Assembly: GCF_006345805.1 (NCBI RefSeq)
Contig: NC_043008.1
Span: 32,674,001-32,738,000, forward strand
Reading direction: 5' to 3'
Source: Octopus sinensis
Taxonomy: Eukaryota
Length of the DNA: 64,000 nucleotides
Part shown: one piece after another, positions 1 through 9,971 of the stretch
How the letters are laid out: each line of letters starts with the position of its first letter
Numbering within the stretch: the stretch's first letter is position 1
Translations under genes and position numbers: made by a program
Notes under the pieces: generated by a model
Told to the model about the DNA's origin: nothing
Database searches by the model: none
The model's input: the letters and a program-made list of their open reading frames with translations, nothing else

Positions 1-82
1 TTTTTATTGTTTAATCACAAGTGAGCCGTAACCAAGAACACTTGTAACAACAGGTGCTCCATCCGTGACTTTCTTTGCACAC

Positions 83-297
83 ATGAGGGACTGCTGAAAA
101 GTTCCTAGCTTTATGGGTGTCGCGAAAGGCCTGGTTGGAGGCCCAACGAGTTCTTTTACAGGACGTAGAAAAGATGAAGGACCGCTGCAGTAAGTGTGTG
201 GATCTGGGAGAGGAATATGTTGAATAAAATCATAATTAACTGATCCTCCCGTATTTTCTTTCATCCAAAACCAGAAACTTTTCAGCACCACTTCGGA
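83..297. mobile_element. Mariner-derived MITE (~215 bp)
   Basis: Imperfect TIRs gaggga-ctgctgaaaagttcctagcttt (85-112) and aaaaccagaaacttttcagcaccacttc (267-294). The interior retains a mariner C-terminus (KCVDLGGEYVE*-like). A second copy lies in opposite orientation at 63389-63607. Confidence 0.8.
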
Positions 298-300
298 TAT

Positions 301-680
<380 letters not shown>

Positions 681-789
681 TAAATTGCATTGCCCTTAAG
701 TGTCCCTCGTTTTCCAAAAGCAGCTGAACCTAATTTGAAGGTGACACTGTTGCTATTTCTAGCAGATTGTCTGACCGCATAGAGTCGCT

Positions 790-1930
790 CTAGTTGACAT
801 TTCTCATGAATTGTCTAGGTAAAACTGAGCTTCTACTGTTTGTTGTGGTTGTTATTGTTGCCTTCTTTGTCGGTGTTGCTACAGTTGTTGTTGTTGCCGC
901 TGCTGCTGCTGCTGTTGCTGTTGTTGTTGTAGTTCTGGTCACTGTTGCAATTGTTAATATTGTTATTGTTGCAAACTGTTCCTTTTTTCTTGTTGCTAAT
1001 GCTTTCATTCTTGTTCTAACTGTTGTTGCTTCCACTATTGTTCTTAATGCTGTTTCCGTTGTTGTTGCTGTTGTTGCGACTGTGCTTGCTGCTGCTGTTG
1101 CTGCTACTGCTGCTGCTGTTGCTGCTGTTGCTGCTGCTGCTGGTTTTGTTGTTGTTGTTGTTGTTGCTATTGCTATTGTCTTTTTTGGCTTCTGATATTG
1201 CTGCTGCTGTTGTTGCTATTGTTGTTGTCGCTAGTGTTGTTGCTATTGTTCTTGCCACAATTGCTGTTCCTGCTGCTCTTATAATTATTGCCGTTGTTGC
1301 TTCTGTTGTTGTTACTGCTGCAGCTGTTCTTGATATTGCTGCTTCCGTTGTTACTTGTGTTGCTGGTGGTGTTTTTGTTGTTATTGCTGCTGCAGTGCCT
1401 GTTGCTGTAGATTTACGGATGTTGTTGCTGTTGATGCTGTTGTTGCTATTGTTGCTATTGTTGTACACTTTCTGTTTATGTTATTGTCTTTGCAGATTTG
1501 GGCATTATCATTGTTGTCTAAGTCCACATTGTCATTGTTGTTGCTATTGATGTTGTGGTTGTTGTTCTTGTTGTGGATGTTGTTGTGGCTGCTGCTGCTG
1601 TTCTTGTTACAGGTAGTGGTGATGGGTTACAGTTAGGAGTTGTTACAGTAGTGGTTGGCGGTGGGGGTGTAGATGGAAAGAAAGTCACGAGATGTAAAAT
1701 GATGATGATGATGACGATGATGATGATAAGATTATGTTGGTGATGATGATGATGACGACAACGATGATGATGATGACGATGGTGATGATGACAACGACGA
1801 TGATGATGATGACGATGGTGATGATGACAACGACGATGATGATGATGACGACGACGACGACGACGATTAATGTTGATGATTATGATGCTGTAATGCATGT
1901 CAGTATTCCGCAGAGTAGTAAATTGTAGTA
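790..1930. repeat. Degenerate (GTT/GCT)n then (GAT/GAC)n trinucleotide low-complexity tract
   Basis: Cryptic trinucleotide periodicity over ~1.1 kb; open frames on both strands encode only homopolymeric V/A/L/T/N/M runs. Confidence 0.85.
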
Positions 1931-2224
1931 TATGACAGTATTGGATAGCGAGGTCAAGTGTCATGTATTGTTGTTTCGTAATACCGTGTAGTATAATACA
2001 TGCACTGTACTAAAGTGCAGTTACATGTTATGTGGCATAGTTTGGAGCAACACAGTGTAAGCAGTGTTGTACAATGCACTGCAGTGTAGGCAGTGTTGTA
2101 CAATGCACTGCAGTGTATTGTGGTACTGTTTAATATAGAACCCTGTGATGTAGTGTAGCGTAGATTATCGTAATATAATGTAGCAGAGGCTAGAATAATC
2201 TCATATATTGTAGTATAGTGCTGT

Positions 2225-2520
2225 GAGGGCGCATAACCTAGTGGTTGGTGTTTTGCATGCACGATCGCGAGATTGTGGTTTCGATTCGTAGACCAAGTGG
2301 TACGCTGTGCTCTTGAGCAAAACACTTCATCTCACGTTGCTCTGCGATCACTTTGACACCTAGCATGTGTGCACTGTGCGCCTGTTCATGCAATGTCGAT
2401 TCGATGGCGGGAGTGAGTTAGTGTTTGGCATGAACATTTGATCTTTATGAGCAAATCATTTGTGCGGGTCGTTCGGCAAAAACCTGAACGCTCGTACGTC
2501 GTCTTCGGCGGGTGAATTCA
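2225..2520 (+). mobile_element. tRNA-derived SINE, family C (head and part of body)
   Basis: A-box-like cataacctagtggttgg, B-box-like ggtttcgattc, then cttgagcaaaacacttcatctcacgttgctc. The same head is at 59848-60075 (+) and 45690-45780 (-). Confidence 0.75.
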
Positions 2521-2565
2521 TCAGAGTGCTGTGTATGCAATATTTTGTCGAGTATCTTTTATCTG

Positions 2566-2975
2566 TTATCTTTTATTTGTTTCAGTCTTTAGACTGCGAT
2601 CATGCTGGGGCACCGCCTTGAGGAATATTAGGCGAACTAATCAACCTCAGTACTTATTTTCATTTTAAGCCTGCTACTCATTCTAGAGGCCTCTTTTACC
2701 GAACCATAAACACACCAACATCGGTTATCAAGTGGTGGTGAGGGACAAGCACAAACACAAAGACACACACACACACATACACTCACATACACACATACAT
2801 ACACACACGCACACATACACACGACGAGCTTCTTTCAGTTTCTACCAAATAGACTCAAAAGATATTAGTTGATCTGGGGCTATAGTAGAACACATATGCC
2901 CAAGGTACCATGCAGTGGGAGTGAACCTGGAACCTTGTGTTTGGAAAGCAAGCTTCTTACCACACAGCCACGCCA
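2566..2975 (-). mobile_element. tRNA-derived SINE, family A (octopus OK/OR-type)
   Basis: Reverse complement of the family-A pattern gtggctgtgtggtaagaagcttgc...ccagcatggccgcagtc..actgaaacaagtaaaag, with an internal (CA)n spacer. Confidence 0.85.
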
Positions 2976-3199
2976 GCATAATGTAGAGTATTGAAGTGTA
3001 GTGTATTGCAGGGCTGTGTAGTGTTAGGTAATAAAATATTGTGTAATGATTTGCAGTGTAGTACATAGCAGTGTGGGTTGGTGTATTGTAATGCAACTTA
3101 GAGCAATTGTTAAGAGCAATGTATTCCACTGGAATAAAGTATGATGTAGGTTAGTGTACTGAGCTGTTAGGTAGTATAGTAATGTACTTCAGTCCAGAG

Positions 3200-3806
3200 C
3201 AATGGTTCTCAATCGTGGTCCATATGGCCCTTGTGGGGTCCACATACAATTTTGTCTTTAATATTTATGTGCAATAAATTGGTTACACTTCTAGAATACA
3301 CAAAATATTTTAACAATCTTATTTAACAATCTTAATAATATTTAATAAGTTACAACAAAAATTTAGGCTTAGGAGTGGATGTGTGGTAAGTAGCTTGCTT
3401 ATCAACCACTATAGCTTCCGGCCGACCAAACCTTGTAAGTGGATTTGGTAGACAGAAATTGAAAGAAGTTCGTCGTATATATGTATATATATATATATGT
3501 GTGTATATGTTTGTGTGTCAGTATTTGTCCCCCAACATCGCTTGACAACCGATGTTGGTGTGTTTACGTCCCCGTAACTTAGCGGTTCAGCAAAAGAGAC
3601 CGATAGAATAAGTACTAGGCTTACAAAAATAAGTCCTGGGGTCGATTTGCTCGACTAAAGGCGGTGCTCCAGCATGACCACAGTCAAATGACTGAAACAA
3701 GTAAAAGAGTAAAAGAGAAAACATCGAATGGCTAAAATGGTCCATATGGATAAAATAGGAATCAAAGGGGTCCAGACGAAGAAGAAAAAATAGTTGAGCA
3801 CCATTG
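3200..3806. mobile_element. hAT/Charlie-type MITE with nested SINE
   Basis: TIRs caatggttctcaa (3200) and ttgagcaccattg (ends 3806). 8-bp TSD gtccagag/gtctagag fits the NTCTAGAN target consensus of Charlie-type hATs. A family-A SINE is nested at ~3367-3718. Confidence 0.8.
3367..3718 (+). mobile_element. Family-A SINE, internally deleted, nested in the hAT MITE
   Basis: ggagtggatgtgtggtaagtagcttgc head fused directly to tatagcttccggccgacc; normal 3' half ending gactgaaacaagtaaaagag. Confidence 0.85.
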
Positions 3807-3814
3807 GTCTAGAG

Positions 3815-4022
3815 CAGTGTTTCTCAACTATTTTTTTTCCTCTGGACCCATTTGATTCCTATTTTAGTTGAACGGACTTTCATTATTATTCAATGTTTAA
3901 ACAATTCTATTATATTTTTATAATTAAATATTGTCAGGAATTGTATAGAATTAATTATTGAAATATTTTGTGTATTGTAGAAGTGTAACCAATTTATTGT
4001 CGAAAAATTTTAACATCGAAAT
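3815..4022. mobile_element. Second copy of the same hAT MITE, inverted and truncated
   Basis: Starts cagtgtttctcaacta immediately after the shared gtctagag. Its sequence is the reverse complement of parts of the 3200-3806 element (e.g. aaatattttgtgtattgtagaagtgtaaccaatttattg). No distal TIR is seen. Confidence 0.7.
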
Positions 4023-4028
4023 CATGTA

Positions 4029-4265
4029 CGCGGTGGAATCAAAAAGTTTCAGGACTAGTTATGTTTAATAAAAAAAATAATAACTTATCTACATAAGTTT
4101 TAGCATCATCGGCTTCGAAATAGTCACCTTGCGCAGCAATACACCGGTCCCAGCTTTCCTGCTACTTTTGGAATCCGGCTTGGAAGTCGTTTACCGTAAG
4201 CGAGTCGAAACCCTTCTGCGAATCACTCTGGATCTCGACAACGGTGTTAAAACGAACTTTCTGGA
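4029..4265 (-). mobile_element. Mariner 3' terminal fragment
   Basis: TA followed by TIR cgcggtggaatcaaaaagtttcaggact. The minus strand reads RFNTVVEIQSDSQKGFDSLTVNDFQAGFQK*QESWDRCIAAQGDYFE, a typical mariner transposase C-terminus. Confidence 0.8.
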
Positions 4266-4552
4266 AAATGCAATGTCGTTTAGTACAGTGCAAAGTAGTA
4301 ATATAGTGTTGTTAAATGTGTCGCTTTGTACTGTGGTGCATTGTAGTGTTGTGTAAGTATCATACAGTACAACATACAGCAGTATAATGCAATAAACGTA
4401 CTACTGTTTACTGTAGTGTAGAGATGGCCGTAGTTTGGTTTGATTTGGTTCAATGTAGAATGGTTTGGTTCAAATAATTTCCATTGTTCGAGGAATGTAA
4501 ATTTAGTTTCTCAACGCTGCAACTTATACGAATGCTCTAATATTTCCTTGTT

Positions 4553-5125
4553 GTAAGGTGGTGAGCTGGCAGAATCGTTGCTGCGCCGGTCAAAATGCTC
4601 AGCGGTATTTCGTCTGCCGCTACGTTCTGAGTTCAAATTCCGCCGAGGTCGACTTTACCTTTCATCCTTTCGGGGTCGATTAAATAAGTACCAGTTACGC
4701 ACTGGGGTAGATATAATCGACTTAATCCGTTTGTCTGTCCTTGTTTGTCCCTTCTGTTTTTCGCCCTTGTGGGTAGTAAAGAAATAGGTATTTCGTCTGC
4801 CGTTATGTTCTGAGTTCAAATTCCGCCGAGGTCAACTTTGCCTTTCATCCTTTCGGGGTCGATTAAATAAGTACCAGTTACGCACCGGGGTCAATATAAT
4901 CGACTTAATCCGTGTGTCTGTCCTTGTTTGTCCCCTCTGTTTTTCGCCCCTTGTGGGCAGTAAAGAAATAGGTATTTCGTCCGTCTTTACTTTCTGAGTT
5001 GAAATTCTGCCGAGGTGGCCTTTCCTTTTCATCCTTTCGGGATCGATAAAATAATTACATCGACCCCAGTTAAGCACTGGAGTCGCCGTAATAGACTTCC
5101 ACCTCCTCCCCGAAATGTCCTAGTC
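4553..5125 (+). mobile_element. Family-B tRNA-derived SINE with three tandem ~183-bp body units
   Basis: Head ggtggtgagctggcagaatcg, then gtatttcgtctgcc...gaaatag units starting at 4605, 4788 and 4972. Confidence 0.85.
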
Positions 5126-5811
5126 ATAGTGTAGTGATCAGGAGATGGACTGACGTCTGGAATAGAGTGATGGTATTGACGATATATATGATGGTAATTA
5201 TGGTGGTGGTAGGGATATAGTGGGGAGGAGTGATGAGTATTGTGGAGATGAGGGTCTTGGGCCGTCGTGCTAGTGTTGGTAGAATTCATGATGATGATGT
5301 TCATGATGATCATGATGCTTATGATGATCAGGATGATGAGGATAATGATGATGATGATGATGAGGAGGAGGAGGAGGAGGGGGAGAAGAAGAAGGAGGAT
5401 ATTAATGATGATAAAGTAGAAGAGGGAAAGAAGGATGAGAAGGATGGTGGTGGTGGTGGTCGTGGTGGTCGTGGTCGTGGTTGACGTGAAGAAGACGGTA
5501 GCGTTACTGGTGAAGTTTGAAATTAATAATTTTTCGTATACCAAACGTGCGTTGAAAGAATTCGCGAAGGGTCGTTCCATGAGAGTGACTCTAGTCAAGC
5601 CGTCTGGCATTTCATAGTCGGGTATGTAGAAAGGTAATCTAAGTAACGTTGTCATATAAGTATTATTGTTCGCTGCTGCTGCTGTTAGTACTGATGCTGG
5701 AGTTACTGCAGCACATCTGTCACACTAAACACTTTGCTAAACGTCTTCATATTCGGTATAGTGCTAAACGTCCAGGCTTCATTCTTCCAACCATCTCTGT
5801 CTGTCTCTCTA

Positions 5812-5874
<63 letters not shown>

Positions 5875-6056
5875 CTCTATCTCTCTCACACACACACAAA
5901 CACACACATGCTCCACAAGTCTCTCGTTGTGGTTGCTGTAGTAGTAGTAGTAGTAGTAGTAGTAGTTTCAGTTTATCGGTTCTTGCTGATACACATACAC
6001 ACAAATAGCGAGAGATAGATCGACATACAGACAGACAGGCAGGCAGGCAGACAGAA

Positions 6057-6144
<88 letters not shown>

Positions 6145-6207
6145 GTGCATATATATACATACAATATAACTATATACGTATATACATGAATTATATATAT
6201 ACTCTCT

Positions 6208-6602
6208 CTCTCTTTTACTCTTTTACTTGTTTCAGTCATTTGACTGCGGCCATGCTGGAGTAACGGCTTTAATCGAGCAAATCGACCCCGGGACTTATTC
6301 TTTCGTAAGCCCAGCACTTACTCTATCGGACTCTTTTGCCGAACCGCTAGGTAACGGGGACATAAACACACCAGCATCGGTTGTCAAGCAATGCCAGGGG
6401 GACAAACACAGACACACAAACATACACACGCATATATATACATATATACGACAGGCTCTTTCAGTTTCCGTCTACCAAATCCACTCACAGGGCTTTGGTC
6501 GGCCCGAGGCTATAGTAGAAGACACTTGCCCAAGGTGCCACGCAGTGGGACTGAACCCGGAACTATGTGGTTCGTAAACAAGCTACTTACCACACAGCCA
6601 TA
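6208..6602 (-). mobile_element. Family-A SINE, near full length
   Basis: Complete reverse-complement copy from cttttacttgtttcagtcatttgactgcggcc to ctacttaccacacagcca. Confidence 0.9.
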
Positions 6603-6699
6603 AAAATTTAATAAATAAAACATATGCATACATACATATATGTACATACCTACATCTATATGCATATATACATGCATATATATATATGAGTACAGGACA

Positions 6700-6830
6700 C
6701 CACAAATAAACGTAGAACACAACGAGAAAAGGAAGCATTAAATCAAACAAGGAAACGGACTTTGTTAACAGAGTACAAGACAAACAATGCAAGGAATATT
6801 CCCCTTCATCAGCTGCCCCTGGTTCGACTC
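6700..6830 (-). mobile_element. Short PLE-terminal-repeat-like fragment
   Basis: The minus strand reads cagctgatgaaggggaatattccttgcattgtttgtcttg...tacgtttatttgtggtgtcctgtac, similar to 16125-16275 (+). Flanked by TA repeats. PLE origin is inferred. Confidence 0.45.
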
Positions 6831-6962
6831 AATGCGTATATATATGTATTATATATATAATATAATATATATAGAATATATATAATATATATATATATAA
6901 TATATATATGAAAAAACAAGTAAAAAATAGAAAATGCTAAAATAATTTTATAGTGAACATTT

Positions 6963-7000
6963 CAGTACCGGTTTCGGTCATTTTGACACCTTTTCAACTG
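6963..7000 (-). ncRNA. Minimal type I hammerhead ribozyme, U3-A8 variant
   Basis: Minus strand: cag UUGAAAA ggugucaaaaugacc GAAA C cg G UA cug. Stem I cag/cug, stem II ggu/acc, palindromic helix III ACCGGU, GUA cleavage triplet. Confidence 0.75.
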
Positions 7001-7951
7001 TAACGATTAAATAATTAAATTAGAAAAATTAGAAGAAAAGTTTTTTTAAAAGAATATTTCTATAGTAGTGTTCAGATTTAAGTGGCATTCTGCCTTTCTC
7101 TGACTCCCTTGTTTGCACTTGTGTGTTCGAGGTAGTTGTGAGCTCTTGGTAGGGTAGTAGAGAGAAGGCTGGTGAGGAAAGGGGGGTGGGAGAATCTGGG
7201 AGTTCCCTGATGGTCGTATTTTGAATGGTCAGTGGCGGCTGGCAGTCTCAGTTCAATTCAGGAGAATATTTATATTGACAGGCTTCTTTATAGAATTAGC
7301 GTAGGTGTTATACTAAAAAACATTAGTGACAAACTTAAGGGGTAGGGGTGGGGAAGAAGAAGAAGAAGAAGAAGAAGAAGGAGAAGGAGAAGGAGAAGAT
7401 GACGATGATGGTGATGGTGGTGATGATTATGACGACGATGATGATGATAACGATGATGATGAAGAAGAAGAAGAAGAAGGAGGAGAAGGAGAAGATGGTG
7501 GTGATGATGGTGGCGATGATGATGATGCCGATGATGATGATAACGATGATGATGAAGAAGAAGAGGAAGAAAAGAAGAAAAAAAACAGAGAAGGGAGAAT
7601 ATGAATGGGTGTAAATATAGCTATGAAGGGGCTGATTAGTAATGGATTCTATGGAGTGTAGTATTTGTGTGTGTATATATATTCTTTCTTTTATTCTAAA
7701 GTTGAGGTATATTAATTGTTTGTCGTAGACCCGTTAAGAAGTGGCTTGTATTTTGTAATAAAGAGATTTTCTTTACTTATTCGTTGTCTCGAGGTTGTAT
7801 CGTCCCTAAATTGGTAGAGGGGGAAAATTCTGAAGTTTGGTGTTTTTTTGTTGGCGCAAGTATCTATGTGTTGGCTAAAAGCTATTTTTCTGTTTTGGGG
7901 AATTTTTATCTGTCTGTATCGTAAGGTTCAGTCTGTATCGTAAGGTTCAGT

Positions 7952-9083
7952 CTGTATCGTAAGGTTCTAGAAAGATATGGCAGCCCTTTCTCCATCTACA
8001 TAGAAAACAACTGGAAGAGATATCTAGATGACTGTTTCATCCTTTGGCATAAAAATATAGAAAAACCATAGAATTCCAGAAAATTTTAAACGGACTGGAC
8101 GTAAACATCCATTCACGATGGAATATAGCCAACAACAACCCCTTCCTCGATATCCTCATTAAGAAAGCTAATAATATAATAGAAACAGACATATACTATA
8201 AGCCTACAGACTCTAAGCAATATCTTCCATTCAATTCATGCCACCCCCAGACACCCCAGAATGAATATCCCCTTCAATCTAGCAAAAGGATATGCACTAT
8301 AGTCTCTAACGCAAACACCAGAGACACACGACTACAAGAACTAAAAGATACCCTAATCACCAGGAACTATCCACCTTCACTTATTGACAAATGCATTCAA
8401 CGTGCCTTCAACTTAACATCAAGGAACTGAGACACATCCCAAATCAAAGAAAAACTTACAACCAAAAGCCTTACCATACATCTCCACACACAACCCTCTC
8501 AATACGAAGCCTTCGACACCATCCTCCACAACATACCCCTCCTAAAAAAAGACCACAGAATGAACACCAATCCTCCAAACACACACGATCATAAAAAGCA
8601 AAAGACAGCCTAGATCCATGAAAAGTCTCCTTACACAAGCCCGAATTCACTCTTCAACACAGAAGCCGACAGTAAAAAAATGTGGAAGACCCAATTGCGG
8701 GATATGCGACTATCTAATCGAGGTTCTGAGTTCTCCTTCAAACAGGGACAACGTTTTACAGTGAAAAGCAACTTCACATGTGCTTCGGAGAACCTAATAT
8801 ACTCACTAACCTGCTCGGGTGTCAGAGCAGTACATAGGCCAAACAAAAAATGGTTTGCGTAAACGAATGGCCCTGCACAGATCCCAGATAAAAATTCCCC
8901 AAAACAGAAAAATAGCTTTTAGCCAACACATAGATACTTGCGCCACAAAAAAACACCAAACTTCAGAATTTTCCCCTCTACCAATTTAGGGACGATACAA
9001 CCTCGAGACAACGAATAAGTAAAGAAAATCTCTTTATTACAAAATACAAGCCACTTCTTAACGGGTCTACGACAAACAATTAA
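7952..9083 (+). pseudogene. PLE ORF fragment: RT C-terminal half, Zn-finger linker and GIY-YIG endonuclease
   Basis: Manual translation LYRKVLERYGSPFSIYIENNWKRYLDDCF...KENLFITKYKPLLNGSTTNN*. The breaks are mostly single-base indels, many in homopolymers, and some may be assembly errors because the inverted copy restores the frame. Confidence 0.85.
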
Positions 9084-9797
9084 TATACCTCAACTTTAGA
9101 ATAAAAGAAAAAAATATATATACACACAAAATACTACACTCCATAGAATCCATTACTAATCAGCCCTTCAATAGCTATATTTACACCATTCATATTCTCC
9201 CTTCTCTGTTTTTCTCTTCTTCTTCTCTTCCTCTTCTTCTTCATCATCATCGTTATCATCATCATCGATCATCATCATCGCCACCATCATCACCACCATC
9301 TTCTCTTCTCCTCTCCTTCTTCTTCTTCTTCTTCATCATCATCGTTATCATCATCATCGTCGTCATAATCATCACCACCATCACCATCATCGTCATCTTC
9401 TTCTTCTCCTTCTCCTTCTTCTTCTTCTTCTTCTTCTTCTTCTTCCCCACCCCTACCCCTTAAGTTTGTCACTACTGGTTTTTTAGTATAACACCTACGC
9501 CTAATTCTATAAAGAAGCCTGTCAATATAAATATTCTCCTGAATTGAACTGAGACTGCCAGCCGCCACTGACCATTCAAAATACGACCATCAGGGCACTC
9601 CCAGATTCTCCCACCCCCTTTCCTCACCAGCCTTCTCTCTACTACCCTACCAGAGCTCACAACTACCTCGAACACACAAGTGCAAACAAGGGAGTCAGAG
9701 AAAGGCAGAATGCCACTTAAATCTGAACACTACTATAGAAATATTCTTTTAAAAAAACTTTTCTTCTATTTTTCTAAATTTAATTATTTAATCGTTA

Positions 9798-9834
9798 CAG
9801 TTGAAAAGGTGTCAAAATGACCGAACCGGTACTG
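9798..9834 (+). ncRNA. Second copy of the same hammerhead, one A missing from GAAA
   Basis: cagttgaaaaggtgtcaaaatgaccgaaccggtactg; identical to 6963-7000 apart from a 1-nt homopolymer deletion. Confidence 0.6.
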
Positions 9835-9926
9835 AATGTTCACTATAAAATTATTTTAGCATTTTCTATTTTTTACTTGTTTTTTCATATATATCAACTC
9901 GTGTGTTCCTTTTCACCCTTATACAT

Positions 9927-9958
<32 letters not shown>

Positions 9959-9971
9959 ATATAATAATATA

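Larger units (their letters stand above)
6902..9925 (+). mobile_element. Penelope-like retroelement (Neptune-like), 5'-truncated, with ~1 kb inverted 5' duplication of its 3' end
   Basis: RT motif WKRYLDDCF (~8012-8038), thumb/linker TDIYYKPTDSKQYLPFNSCHP, CxxxxCxxC (CGRPNCGIC, 8681-8707) and GIY-YIG (NLIYSLTC...YIGQT). 6902-7912 is the reverse complement of 8885-9894. Confidence 0.92.

Noticed and set aside
790-1964. Long overlapping ORFs of 130-175 aa (poly V/A/L/N/T/H)
   Set aside because: They are translations of a degenerate trinucleotide tract, open on both strands, with no domain or splice evidence.
2225-2310. tRNA-like A/B boxes here and at 59848, 31669 and 12289
   Set aside because: They are SINE heads followed by SINE bodies and do not form complete cloverleaves, so they are not called as tRNA genes.
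6795-6815. CUGAUGA motifs at 6805 (-) and 16134 (+) as hammerheads
   Set aside because: No correctly placed downstream GAAA/helix III; at most remnants.
7326-7614. Acidic E/D-rich and K/M-rich ORFs (also 9262-9568)
   Set aside because: GAA/GAT microsatellite inside the PLE 3' region, present in both inverted arms.
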